From NCBI GenBank assembly GCA_963761335.1, contig CAVXGR010000012.1, positions 64,001 to 128,000 of the forward strand: 64,000 bases of DNA, written 5' to 3'. Under the pieces are notes generated by a model that saw only the letters and a list, made by a program, of their open reading frames with translations, had not been told where the DNA came from and made no database searches. A program made the translations under genes and the position numbers. Source of the DNA: an uncultured delta proteobacterium. GTDB lineage: Bacteria > Desulfobacterota > Binatia > HRBIN30 > BPIQ01. How positions within the stretch are numbered: position 1 is the stretch's first letter; each line of letters opens with the position of its first letter. Shown piece by piece: positions 19,742-28,985 of this stretch.

Positions 19742-20880
19742 CTTCTCCCGTAGAAGCGATGTTGCGGTACCACTGTTCCGGCAGACGGGATGATAGTTAG
19801 CTGGGCGGCGGGGCCTATGCGGAGCGAGCGGCTCTCGCTGGCGGCTTGCATGCTCTTAGCGAAGATCGTGACGGCACGGTTAGCAACGGTTTCGCCGAAG
19901 AGGCTGCCGAGCTCTTTGCCGAGCTCGGGCAACGCGAGCTCAGAGAGCCTCACTACGCGAGATCGCAATCGCGCAATCCAATCGACGAACGCGTAGTACC
20001 GAGCGGGGTCGGCATCCAATGCTTCAGAAAAGCACTCATCCTCGTTCGTGGGATTGCATAGCTCGAGGGGTTCGCCGTCGGCGGCGTCGATCCGCGCTTG
20101 AATCGCGTCGAGAACGGAGGACAGCGCGGTGAAGAGGCTCTGTTCGCCCTGATACACGTCACCCGCCAGCGTAGTGAGCACGATCGAGCGCGGCGCCAGG
20201 TCCTCGTCATCGAATGCGATGTCGCGCTGCCGCTTGAGCAACTGGACCACCTGTTTAAGCACGGCCTTCAGCTCGACGCTCTCCTCCTCCGGCAGCGGCT
20301 CGTACGCGCGCGCCTTCAAGACAAGATTTACTGCTCGCTGGCAGCAGTCTTCGAACCAGTCGCGAAAACCCTTCGGGTTGCCGTAGCACCAATCGCGCAG
20401 CTTTCGATCGGGGATCTCGATGCAGGTACCGCCCCGTACAACGTCGTGCCGGCCGGGCAAGACATCGATGTAGAAGAGCCTTTCGATGATGATCCGGACA
20501 CACCGCTTCAGCTTTTCGATATGCCCCTTGTAAGCGCTGCAGAGGGAAAGATCGCGGTGGAGCAGGTTGAATAGCTCCGAGGACGTTCCATTGAAGTAGG
20601 GGAGCTCGACGACGCAGTCGAGATCGAACTCGTCCCGCAAGCGTGGCCTGACCGTGGTGCCGTATGACATCGAGCCCTGCGGATAGACGAGCGGCTCGTA
20701 CACCCAGAGGCCACCCCCGGTGCGGTTCAGCCACTTGTTCAGGTTGTCGTATTCGATCTCGGCGAGCGCGCGCTGTTGCGGGCTCAACTGCAGAGCCTTG
20801 GCCACTTCGCGCAGAAGGAAGTCGATCTCCTCAATTCGGGTCGTCCCGAGGAACGGGGTAGCGACTACGGATGCCGGCAT
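19738..20880 (-). CDS. CBASS cGAS/DncV-like nucleotidyltransferase (CdnG-like)
   Basis: PQGS..GTTVRP...DEFDLD, IDVLP, NPKGF..WF, QLLKR.RD, SIVLTTL, NPTN..E.F. C-terminus HRFYGRR. Confidence 0.92.
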   Translation of the reverse strand: MPASVVATPFLGTTRIEEIDFLLREVAKALQLSPQQRALAEIEYDNLNKWLNRTGGGLWVYEPLVYPQGSMSYGTTVRPRLRDEFDLDCVVELPYFNGTSSELFNLLHRDLSLCSAYKGHIEKLKRCVRIIIERLFYIDVLPGRHDVVRGGTCIEIPDRKLRDWCYGNPKGFRDWFEDCCQRAVNLVLKARAYEPLPEEESVELKAVLKQVVQLLKRQRDIAFDDEDLAPRSIVLTTLAGDVYQGEQSLFTALSSVLDAIQARIDAADGEPLELCNPTNEDECFSEALDADPARYYAFVDWIARLRSRVVRLSELALPELGKELGSLFGETVANRAVTIFAKSMQAASESRSLRIGPAAQLTIIPSAGTVVPQHRFYGRR

Positions 20881-20902
20881 GTGATTGTCCTCTTGGAACC
20901 TG

Positions 20903-20941
20903 AAGATAGCATCTCGACAAAGCTAGTCAAGATGCTATCTT
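20903..20941. promoter_or_regulatory. 16-bp inverted repeat forming mirror-image sigma70-like promoters and a likely operator
   Basis: AAGATAGCATCTCGAC-aaagcta-GTCAAGATGCTATCTT (1 mismatch). Minus strand TTGACT-16-TATCTT; plus strand TCGACA-16-TATCTT. Confidence 0.7.
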
Positions 20942-20947
20942 TGCGCA

Positions 20948-22726
20948 ATGAACTGCTCTCTCCTTCTGATCGTGCAGTCGGGTCTGCGCCTCATTCCGGA
21001 ATCCGAGGTCCTGGATACGCTCGACGCCGACGTAAAGGCCCTGCCGCGGCGCACGGTGGAGATCGACATGCGATCGCTGGCCGCCGACTTCGCCAGCGGT
21101 GACTGGACCGCGGCCGATCAAATGCTCCGAGAAGAGGCAGCTCGCATCCGGCGCATTGCCGACGAACTGTCCGATCCCGCAATCCACTTCTTCGGCATTG
21201 CGGAGGTGCCGGCCGTGGTGGCCCTCGGGGCCTATCTTGGTACCGAGCGGCCGGTCGTCGCGCACGAATACGACCGCGATGCAGGGGCGTGGCTCTGGAA
21301 GGGGACCTCGCATCGCATCGAAATCCTCGCTCCTCCACCGACAGACTGCGTGATCTCGCAGAGCGGCATCGCGGTGGTCCGGGTGGAAATCTCGGCCTTT
21401 GTGAGCGACGGTGATGTATTCGAAGCGGTCGGAGGGGAAAGGCTTGCAGATGTCAGGATCAGACTTGCGGATGTAGTTCCCGAAGTGGGCCGTGTCTCGT
21501 CGCGAGGAGATGTGGAGGCAGTCCGATCGGCATTTCGGACGGCATTGGGGGCCGTTCAAGGAGCTTTCCCCAACCTGCAGGAGATCCACTTGTTTGCGGC
21601 TGTCCCGGTGTCGATCGCTCTCGCGATCGGACAAGAGATCGTTCCGAGGAATTCGGTTCCGGTCCAGACGTATCGGTACCGACGTGCGGAAGATGGCCGC
21701 GCACAGACGCCCGCAATCCTGATCTCGGCCCTACCCGGGGATGCAGCAGCCGCTACTTTGACCGAGCAACAGACCAGCGAGGCGCAGGGGCTTCGCGCGA
21801 CCCTGTGGCAGCATGCCATGGAAGAGATCAGCGCATATGGGCGGGAGAAACCCCCAACGGAACGCCTGTGGTACGAGCACCTGGAACCCAGGGCGGTTCT
21901 TCAGGAAATCGGGCCTTTCCCCGTGCTGCCCTCCGTGGGCGGAATCGTTCCCATCGATCCAAAGATCGACCTGACCTCGAAACCGCTGGAGTTCTCCTAC
22001 GATCGGACCGATGGCCTCTGGAAAATAGGTGACCAGCTTGTGCTCGGGTTGCTCGAAGCTGCGGACCTTGATCAAGCGCGCTGCGGTGACGCGATCTTCC
22101 TCTTCGCGCTCCATGAGTATCTGCACGATTACCACTGCCTGACCGCCTACACTGCCGCCGAAGTCGGGAAGTTCGCGCATGTCCTCGAACATGTGGACTA
22201 CGTCGCCGATGCGTATGCGTTGACGTACCTTCTTGATCGCAGGATCAGAGCGAACGACGACCTTCTCCGCGACGAGCAAGCGCAGCGCCGGCTTGTCGTG
22301 GATCGCATTGATCTCATCATCCGCTCTTTCTGGGCATTCGAACCTCCCCGCCGGCGCATGTGGGAGGTCCGCCGGTTGCGCCGCCATCTCAATTGGTACT
22401 GGCGGCAAGCTCAGGTCCGCGCGGCCCCGAGCTTGCGCTGCGCACTCGCATTGCTTGCCAAGCAGCCCTGCATCGAGCTTTCCGGACTCCGGCATTTCAC
22501 GCGCGGTCGCCGCGTGATGGTGGACCTGTCGTCACCCGATCCAAGAACAACACTCGAGTTGGCGGTGGTGCTCGAAAACGAGCAAATGCATCGGCAGCTC
22601 CACGGACCGGCCACAGACATCGCCGCGCTGTGTACCGGTTTCACGAACCGAGATCACGAAGGGATTCAGCGCTTCTTCCGTGCGCTCTTCGATTCAGCGC
22701 CCCGGGAGTACCGCTTGCCGGCGTGA
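20948..22726 (+). CDS. SAVED domain fused to C-terminal HExxH metallopeptidase-like domain (putative CBASS effector)
   Basis: SAVED motifs IHFFGIAEVP..VALG and IHLFAAVPVSIALAIGQ. LHEYLH at ~22112-22126, followed by EHVDYVADAYAL. Confidence 0.8.
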   Translation: MNCSLLLIVQSGLRLIPESEVLDTLDADVKALPRRTVEIDMRSLAADFASGDWTAADQMLREEAARIRRIADELSDPAIHFFGIAEVPAVVALGAYLGTERPVVAHEYDRDAGAWLWKGTSHRIEILAPPPTDCVISQSGIAVVRVEISAFVSDGDVFEAVGGERLADVRIRLADVVPEVGRVSSRGDVEAVRSAFRTALGAVQGAFPNLQEIHLFAAVPVSIALAIGQEIVPRNSVPVQTYRYRRAEDGRAQTPAILISALPGDAAAATLTEQQTSEAQGLRATLWQHAMEEISAYGREKPPTERLWYEHLEPRAVLQEIGPFPVLPSVGGIVPIDPKIDLTSKPLEFSYDRTDGLWKIGDQLVLGLLEAADLDQARCGDAIFLFALHEYLHDYHCLTAYTAAEVGKFAHVLEHVDYVADAYALTYLLDRRIRANDDLLRDEQAQRRLVVDRIDLIIRSFWAFEPPRRRMWEVRRLRRHLNWYWRQAQVRAAPSLRCALALLAKQPCIELSGLRHFTRGRRVMVDLSSPDPRTTLELAVVLENEQMHRQLHGPATDIAALCTGFTNRDHEGIQRFFRALFDSAPREYRLPA

Positions 22727-22868
22727 TCGGCTCCTGTTGCGAAACGCGAGCTGGGCGAGAAGTTCGCTTTCTTCGAGAACGCGGCACTTCCCAATCCGGG
22801 GAAAGAACATGTCAAGCGCCGATCGAGACGCGTAGCCGGTGGATGTCCGGATGTCCGCGCTGCACTAG

Positions 22869-23310
22869 CCTTGATCTGACAAAAATGCCGCCTACGCGGC
22901 ACGTGGAAGGCGGTTGTCGATCGCTTGAAACTGCTTGCGGACAGCAGCAGTGGTGCCGACTTCGAGAGTCGGCCGGCCGTCGGGATGCAGGACGATACCG
23001 GCACGGTGAAGCAGCTCGTAGCGAAGCGTGTCAATGCTGCGAAAGGCGAACATGCTGCGAAAGGCGAACATGCTGCGAAAGGCGAACATGCTGCGAAAGG
23101 CGAACAGCGGCCGCCGAACAGCGCTGCGCGAGCGCTCGACGACCAGACCGGTGGCGACCTGGAAGCCACGCATGAGGTTGAAGGCGATGACGCTCAGCTG
23201 CTGCCAGGCGCTGTTGGCCGCGTACTGCATGGACGGCACGCTGGCGAAGGCGAAGCCGCTCTTCAGTTCGCCGTAGGCCTTCTCGTGCCCGCCGCGCCCA
23301 CACATGAAGC
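22869..23310 (-). pseudogene. IS1380-family transposase C-terminal remnant
   Basis: GRGGHEKAYGELK..ANSAWQQLSVIAFNL..TLRYELLHRAG. No N-terminus. Possible terminal CCTTGATCTG at ~22869. Confidence 0.7.
23034..23105. repeat. Perfect 18-bp tandem repeat x4 (ATGCTGCGAAAGGCGAAC)
   Basis: Read directly from the sequence. In frame within the IS1380 remnant (FAFRSM repeats). Confidence 0.95.
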
Positions 23311-23312
23311 CT

Positions 23313-23450
23313 CGGTGGACACTCAAAACCGGCCATACATGGACAGCTGAAAAGCGGCCATAGGAGAGAGCGCTCGGGACGTTGACGAAGCCGAGGGGAA
23401 GCGATTCCCCCGGCGGGATGGGCAACGTCTTGAGTAGAGAGAAGAGGAAC
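23313..23450 (+). mobile_element. Probable IS21-family left-end remnant
   Basis: Tandem TGGACACTCAAAACCGGCCA and TGGACAGCTGAAAAGCGGCCA repeats, then an istA-like start MGNVLSREKR at 23418 that breaks off. Confidence 0.5.
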
Positions 23451-23600
23451 CATGGGCCCCTCGCCGTAGGCAGCTGCTGACGGCCGCGTCCGGCAGCGAG
23501 CGTCATTCCGATGCGCTGATGCCGACGATTGCGTGCCCGCAACGGGGTGCGCCATGACACGCTGCCGAATTCTTCTCCCGGTGGCACCCGGGTCTTGCCC

Positions 23601-26600
23601 TCATCGAAGACCAGGCCCTCCTACCTGGCGGCTCTCTTCTGCCGCGACTCCCCCTGCCGCGAACTCCACGATCTCGTCGAGCACGGCACGTGTCTCGTCC
23701 AGGTCTTCGTGCACTCGGCCAAGCCAATCCTCGAAAGCTGCCGGTGTAAGGACGACGTTTTCACCTCCATTGGCGAGGAGGATTGAATTGCAACAGCGTT
23801 CCAGCCGCACCAACCAATCTCGGGCGGATCCGATCCGGCGCAGTGCCTCAAGTAGGTTCGAGAGATCCGCGGACTGATCAGCTGCAACGCGTCGCAGCGC
23901 CGAGATCTCTTTGGCGAAAGATGCGAGGCACGGTTCCAGTGCCTCGTCGGAAAGGCCGTATCGGGATGCGAGGTCTACGAGCGGCCCGAACCGGGTCATC
24001 GTCAGCACGAAGGCAGCGAGACCTCCCTGAAGGCCGAGCGCGGCGGCGAGCAGAGGAGAGTCCCAGATCTCGATCGCCAAAGCTTCGAAGTCCGCGACGG
24101 GAACAGGCAAGGCCGCGACGTGATGGGCAGCAACCCGAAAATCCGAGAGCGTCACAAAGAGGACAGGCGAACTCAGAAAGGAGCCCGCCGATTGCAGCGC
24201 CTTGCCGCGCAGGGTGTGGGTCATGAACACATGCGGCCACTCGATCGTCAGCGGCGTCCACGCAAGCTCGGTCAGGTTGCTCTTCTGAGCTGCTCGCCAG
24301 ACGGCAAGCACGATCTCCGACCGCAATGCCTCCATGGTGGCGAGGTGCAGATGGTTGCAGACCACCACAAGGCAGACGCGGCCGTCAATGACGTGGTGTC
24401 CCTCGCTGACTCGGGCCGCCCCACCCTCCGGCGCCACGACCTTCTCAAGTTCCTCCCGCAGAAGGCGCAGGAGCTCTTGCCGCTGGGCCTCGATCCGCGG
24501 CTCTAGAGAGGATGCGCCGCCGATGACGCGTTCCGCTGGCGCCTGAACGAATGCGCTGGCGACAACCCACAAGTGCAGGAAGGTCTTCGACTCGTGCGAA
24601 TCAATCTCGTCGAGCGGTCTTGGCGATACATACCGGCCGAACCAGCGGTGGAACTCGCTCTGCATGGCAGCCAGCACTCGCCAAGCGTTCCCGAGATTCA
24701 CGAGCAGCAGTCGTCCCCCGTTTGTCTCTGCAGGCGGGTTGGATGCCGGATTCTTGACGGCCAGATGCTCCGCTGTCGCTTCCGGCATCCGGCGGATGAC
24801 CTGCTGGATTCCCATTTCATACTCGCCCCAGAGCTTCAGCCAATCACGGAACCGCCGAACGCTCCTTGCCATCCCATATGCCGATATCACGTTGGAGGCT
24901 CGGTCAGAGTCCTGCGCTTGCAGTGCAGGACCGGCAGCCTGACGGCTTGAGCGCGGCGACTCGTGTTGGCGATTCTCGGATGTGAATCCCCACTCATCCA
25001 CGGCGATCTGGGGGAACATCGGCAGATGCGCCAGGCTGTTTACTCGCTCCAGTTCGGTTCTGGGAAGCTGCCGAATCGTCTTCCGCTGAACGATCGATTC
25101 CTCCAGAAACCGGCCCCAACCCCGATGCAGGCTCCGGAAGAAACCGCACGCAGCCCGTCGGAAGCGAAGAATTGCCTCCGCATAGGCACGCCACGATGGC
25201 GCGCGCCGGTGACGGTAGTCCACCAACGCGATGAAGACCGAGTTGAGCCATACCGCGCGGTCCGGTGGCAGGTCGGCCGCCGGAAAGGCCTTGGTCGTCG
25301 GGTCATGCATCATGATGTCGGCGAACAGCTCCGTCCCAATCGCTTGTGAACCGAATGTCGCCCTCTGCGGAAACAATCGCCGGAGCAGATTGATCCTCTT
25401 CATGGTCTGCGACTGCCAGTCGTGCGCCTCGGGCGAGTCGCCCGAGGCAGCGTCGATGACGATTAGGGGAAAGAATACCTTGACCTCGTCGTGCTCATCG
25501 GCGACATGGATTGACCGCGTCTCGCGGACGAATCGTTGCGCAATCTCAGCAGCATGGCGTGCATGCCAATCGGCGAATGCTGGATCGGCAAGAGCCGCTC
25601 GACCGGAGATGAAGCGCCCCAAATCGGACAGCGTCAACGATCCGGGAAGAGGTTCTGGCAGCAGCTGAAGCAGCGCATCGCGGAGTGGACCCACGATGCT
25701 CCTGGTGCCGATCCAGAACGCCAGATCTCCCGCCAGAACCCAGTCGAGCTCCGTGACAGGTGGCGCGGCGGGCGAGTTCACAGAGGCTGCCCACGCGCTC
25801 AGCGGAGCGAACACCCGCTCCTTCGGCGTCAGTGGAACCTCGGGAATATCGAGATCGCTAAGCATTGGGAGATTCCGCCGCAACTCACGCCACGCGGTTG
25901 TGTCGAAACCGACGAAGGCGTCGGCCTGCAACACCCAACCGCCTTGGTGTTCTGCAATGACTGCAGACAAGGCCTCGGCGTTTTCGCGCTCGTAGCGACT
26001 CACACCTTCCCAGAGCAGAGCGCGACCAATGCCGCCCGCCTGTGACCACGTGCGGAGCGGCAACGCCATCAATCCAGTCAAGACGGCGTCCCCGTACTCG
26101 AAGTGTCGCGAGAAAGCACTCAGGAGAAATCGCTCGATGTCATCGTCCACGACCAAGGGCAAGCAGTGGATGGCGAGGTCGACCCACATCTCCGGGCAGT
26201 CATGCAATAGGGCACGCTCTGTGGCTTGTGAGCGCAGCGCGTGCAGCCCAGCAATCGTCGTCCCGCTTGCTGCATCGGAGAGGCGAACGAGATACTCGTT
26301 TTCGAGAACTGCCAACGGGCGCTCGAACGGGCCGAGCCCGACAAGCTCGCAGGCGTCGCTCAGCTTCAGGTGACACTCGGCGGCATTGGCGACAGCGGCG
26401 AGAGCCAGTAAGCGCAGATGCGCCTTCGTGATTCGCGCCCCCGGCTCGTCGGCACTTGCTTCGGCTTGCAACCGGGATACCTGTCCCTCGATCTTGGCGT
26501 TCAGCGTCTGGCCTTCGCTCACCAGGTGCGTGAACTCGAGCAACGGGCCGGCGTCTATTGACGTGAAGCGCGCCCAGGCTTCCTCGAAATCCAATGCGTG

Positions 26601-27830
26601 CTCTCCGGATGTGCTCCCGATCAGTGCCTGATAGATGTTCTCTGCCTCATCACGCGAGATGGCGTCGAGAACCAGATCCTCGATGTCGACATCTGGCGCG
26701 ATTGCTGGGGCGCGGCGAAAATCTTCCTCGCGCACGGCGACGAGCACTTTCAGCCCGATCTCCGTCAATTGACGCACGAGCTCGACCCAGCCGGTATCCG
26801 TAGGTGCCAGATCGAGGAGCACGATGGCGCGGAGTCGAAGTCGTTCGACGTGACCGCGGAGCGCGTTTGCGATCTGCGATGCGTGCGTGCGCCCTTCGAC
26901 GAAGCGGACATGAAAGCGCAGCCCTTCGGCGCAGTAGTCATGAAGGTAACGGAGCGCCAATGACGATTTCCCCTGGCCGGACGCTCCACGCACCACGACC
27001 ACGGCATGCTGCGTCATCTTCTCATGCAGCTCTGCAAGGCGCTGGGGCCGCACGGAGTCGGCCGCGGCGAGGATGTGATTCCATTGCGCTTGAACGCCAA
27101 GCTTGTACTCGTGGCGAAGCCGCTCGCGCTCGTTATCCGCCAGGGCAACGGCCGAGAGCGGCCGTAGCGCGTTCATCCACTCTGCCGTGTGATCGCGGAG
27201 AACAGAGAGATAATCCCCGATGCCCTGCAGTTGCTGCAGCACGCTCGAACGGGTGAGGGTTCGGCGTTGTTCGGACGCCTCGAAGATCCAGTAGAGGAGC
27301 ACCTCCAGGGCGGTGTCGGCATGCAGCCCAGCGATCGTACCTTCGAGCGACGCGAGCACGCCGGCTCGCAGGCGTGCTTCCTCCGGACGAGTGACATTGC
27401 CGTTCAGCTCCGCGAGGAACTCCTCCGCCTCGCTCTCAGCGATCGCGGAGTTGCCCTGATGGATCTTTGCCGCAGCCGTCTTGCGGTGAGGGCCCGTTCC
27501 CGCAATGGCACCGCCGAGTTCTACGCCGAGACGTCCAAAGGTCGCCAGTACATGCCGGCAGGAGGGATGAGCCTGCCTTCGCCGCTTCATCCTGGCGAAG
27601 AATCCGCCGGGGCTCGCCGGCTTCAGATCGGACACGGCCAGTGGAGCGGCGTGATCTTTTACCTGCACCGCCTCGACGAGCTGCCCGGAGGTGTCAAAGA
27701 CAGCGAGGTCTTCTTCGCCTTCCGGACGATAGGATTGCGTCCCGGCGTTCGTGTCCGTCAGCAGGCGCCAAAGGACATAAAGCGCCTGCTTGCGATAGCC
27801 GCGATAGGTAAAGGAAACGTCACCCGGCAT
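23601..27830 (-). CDS. PD-(D/E)xK (Cap4/DUF4297-like) nuclease fused to STAND NTPase and a long helical C-terminus (Avs/NLR-like defence protein)
   Basis: N-terminal YRGY..Q..E.EED..QVK. Walker A GASGQGKS and Walker B IVLLD. 1409 aa, starting 15 nt downstream of the integrase. Confidence 0.78.
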   Translation of the reverse strand: MPGDVSFTYRGYRKQALYVLWRLLTDTNAGTQSYRPEGEEDLAVFDTSGQLVEAVQVKDHAAPLAVSDLKPASPGGFFARMKRRRQAHPSCRHVLATFGRLGVELGGAIAGTGPHRKTAAAKIHQGNSAIAESEAEEFLAELNGNVTRPEEARLRAGVLASLEGTIAGLHADTALEVLLYWIFEASEQRRTLTRSSVLQQLQGIGDYLSVLRDHTAEWMNALRPLSAVALADNERERLRHEYKLGVQAQWNHILAAADSVRPQRLAELHEKMTQHAVVVVRGASGQGKSSLALRYLHDYCAEGLRFHVRFVEGRTHASQIANALRGHVERLRLRAIVLLDLAPTDTGWVELVRQLTEIGLKVLVAVREEDFRRAPAIAPDVDIEDLVLDAISRDEAENIYQALIGSTSGEHALDFEEAWARFTSIDAGPLLEFTHLVSEGQTLNAKIEGQVSRLQAEASADEPGARITKAHLRLLALAAVANAAECHLKLSDACELVGLGPFERPLAVLENEYLVRLSDAASGTTIAGLHALRSQATERALLHDCPEMWVDLAIHCLPLVVDDDIERFLLSAFSRHFEYGDAVLTGLMALPLRTWSQAGGIGRALLWEGVSRYERENAEALSAVIAEHQGGWVLQADAFVGFDTTAWRELRRNLPMLSDLDIPEVPLTPKERVFAPLSAWAASVNSPAAPPVTELDWVLAGDLAFWIGTRSIVGPLRDALLQLLPEPLPGSLTLSDLGRFISGRAALADPAFADWHARHAAEIAQRFVRETRSIHVADEHDEVKVFFPLIVIDAASGDSPEAHDWQSQTMKRINLLRRLFPQRATFGSQAIGTELFADIMMHDPTTKAFPAADLPPDRAVWLNSVFIALVDYRHRRAPSWRAYAEAILRFRRAACGFFRSLHRGWGRFLEESIVQRKTIRQLPRTELERVNSLAHLPMFPQIAVDEWGFTSENRQHESPRSSRQAAGPALQAQDSDRASNVISAYGMARSVRRFRDWLKLWGEYEMGIQQVIRRMPEATAEHLAVKNPASNPPAETNGGRLLLVNLGNAWRVLAAMQSEFHRWFGRYVSPRPLDEIDSHESKTFLHLWVVASAFVQAPAERVIGGASSLEPRIEAQRQELLRLLREELEKVVAPEGGAARVSEGHHVIDGRVCLVVVCNHLHLATMEALRSEIVLAVWRAAQKSNLTELAWTPLTIEWPHVFMTHTLRGKALQSAGSFLSSPVLFVTLSDFRVAAHHVAALPVPVADFEALAIEIWDSPLLAAALGLQGGLAAFVLTMTRFGPLVDLASRYGLSDEALEPCLASFAKEISALRRVAADQSADLSNLLEALRRIGSARDWLVRLERCCNSILLANGGENVVLTPAAFEDWLGRVHEDLDETRAVLDEIVEFAAGGVAAEESRQVGGPGLR

Positions 27831-27845
27831 GTGTCCGTGATTATG

Positions 27846-28985
27846 TCAGTCGCCCGACGCGAACAACGCCGCCTCCAATCGCGCCGCGGCCTGCTGCTGC
27901 ATGGTCGGCAGGACGTGCGAGTAGGTGTCCAGGGTCAGCGTGATGCTGGCGTGGCCGAGGCGCTCGCTGACCACCTTCGGGTTCTCGCCTTCCGAGAGAA
28001 GTAGCGTGGCGCAGGTGTGACGAAGGTCGTAGAGGCGCAGGCTCGTGGGCAACTCGGCCTCTTTCAGGATCGGCTTGAAGTGGCGGTTGACGAGGTTGCG
28101 CTCGTGGATCGGGTCGCCGGTCTTGGTGGCGAAGACGAGATCGTTGTCGGTGTAGCGGTCGGCGCACTTGAGGCGCTCTTGGCTCTGCTGCTGCCGGTGC
28201 TGCTCCAGGGCCTTGGTGACGCTTGCCGGCAAGGGAATCGTGCGGGCGCTGCGCGGGGTCTTCGGTTCGGCGTAGTACCAGCCGCCCTTGGGCTTCTGGA
28301 CGAGGGAGCGGCGGACGGTGACGAGGCCACGCTGGAGGTCGACGTCCTTCCACTGGAGGCCGAGGTACTCGCCCGGGCGCATGCCGGTAGTGACGGCCAG
28401 GGCGAAGAGCGCGCTCAGGCGGTCGCCGCGGGCGGCCTTCAGAAACTTCATCGCTTCCTTGGGGCCGAGGGCGGTCATCTCGCGTTTCTCGTAGCGGGGA
28501 AGATCGACGAGGGTCGCCGGATTGCTGGGCAGCATGCGCCAGCGGACGGCCTGGTTCAGCGCGGAGCGCAGAACGCCGTGGGCGTGGCGGACAGTACGGG
28601 GCGAGAGCTTGTCGGCGAGGAGGCGGGCGTAGACCGCCTGGATGTCGAGGGGCGTGATGCGGAAGAGGGGGTGCTTGCCGAGATGGGGGCGGATGTAGCG
28701 GGTCAGCAGCTCCTCATAGCCGCGCAACGTGCGCGGGCGGACCCTGGGGGTCGCCGCGGTCTCGATCCACTTGTCGAGGTACTCGTCGAGGGTGAGCTTC
28801 GCGGGCTCGACGAGGGCGCCGGTGTCGCGCTCGTTGAGCAGCGCGGTGAGCTTCGAGCGGGCGGCCTTCTTGTTGCCGGCGAAGGGGTGGTTCAGATAGC
28901 GGCGCCTTCCGGTCTCCGGATCGCGGCCGAGAAAGATGCGGATCAGCCATCGGCCGTCTGTGCGCTTGAGCAGCTGCCCCGTCAT
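27846..28985 (-). CDS. int: Tyrosine recombinase/integrase
   Basis: TGMRPGE, PKT, YDLRHT, RLGHA..T..TYSH. N-terminal arm-binding-like domain. Adjacent to the tRNA 3' end. Confidence 0.95.
   Translation of the reverse strand: MTGQLLKRTDGRWLIRIFLGRDPETGRRRYLNHPFAGNKKAARSKLTALLNERDTGALVEPAKLTLDEYLDKWIETAATPRVRPRTLRGYEELLTRYIRPHLGKHPLFRITPLDIQAVYARLLADKLSPRTVRHAHGVLRSALNQAVRWRMLPSNPATLVDLPRYEKREMTALGPKEAMKFLKAARGDRLSALFALAVTTGMRPGEYLGLQWKDVDLQRGLVTVRRSLVQKPKGGWYYAEPKTPRSARTIPLPASVTKALEQHRQQQSQERLKCADRYTDNDLVFATKTGDPIHERNLVNRHFKPILKEAELPTSLRLYDLRHTCATLLLSEGENPKVVSERLGHASITLTLDTYSHVLPTMQQQAAARLEAALFASGD

Noticed and set aside
23034..23105. CRISPR array
   Set aside because: Contiguous 18-bp units with no spacers and no cas genes: a simple tandem repeat.
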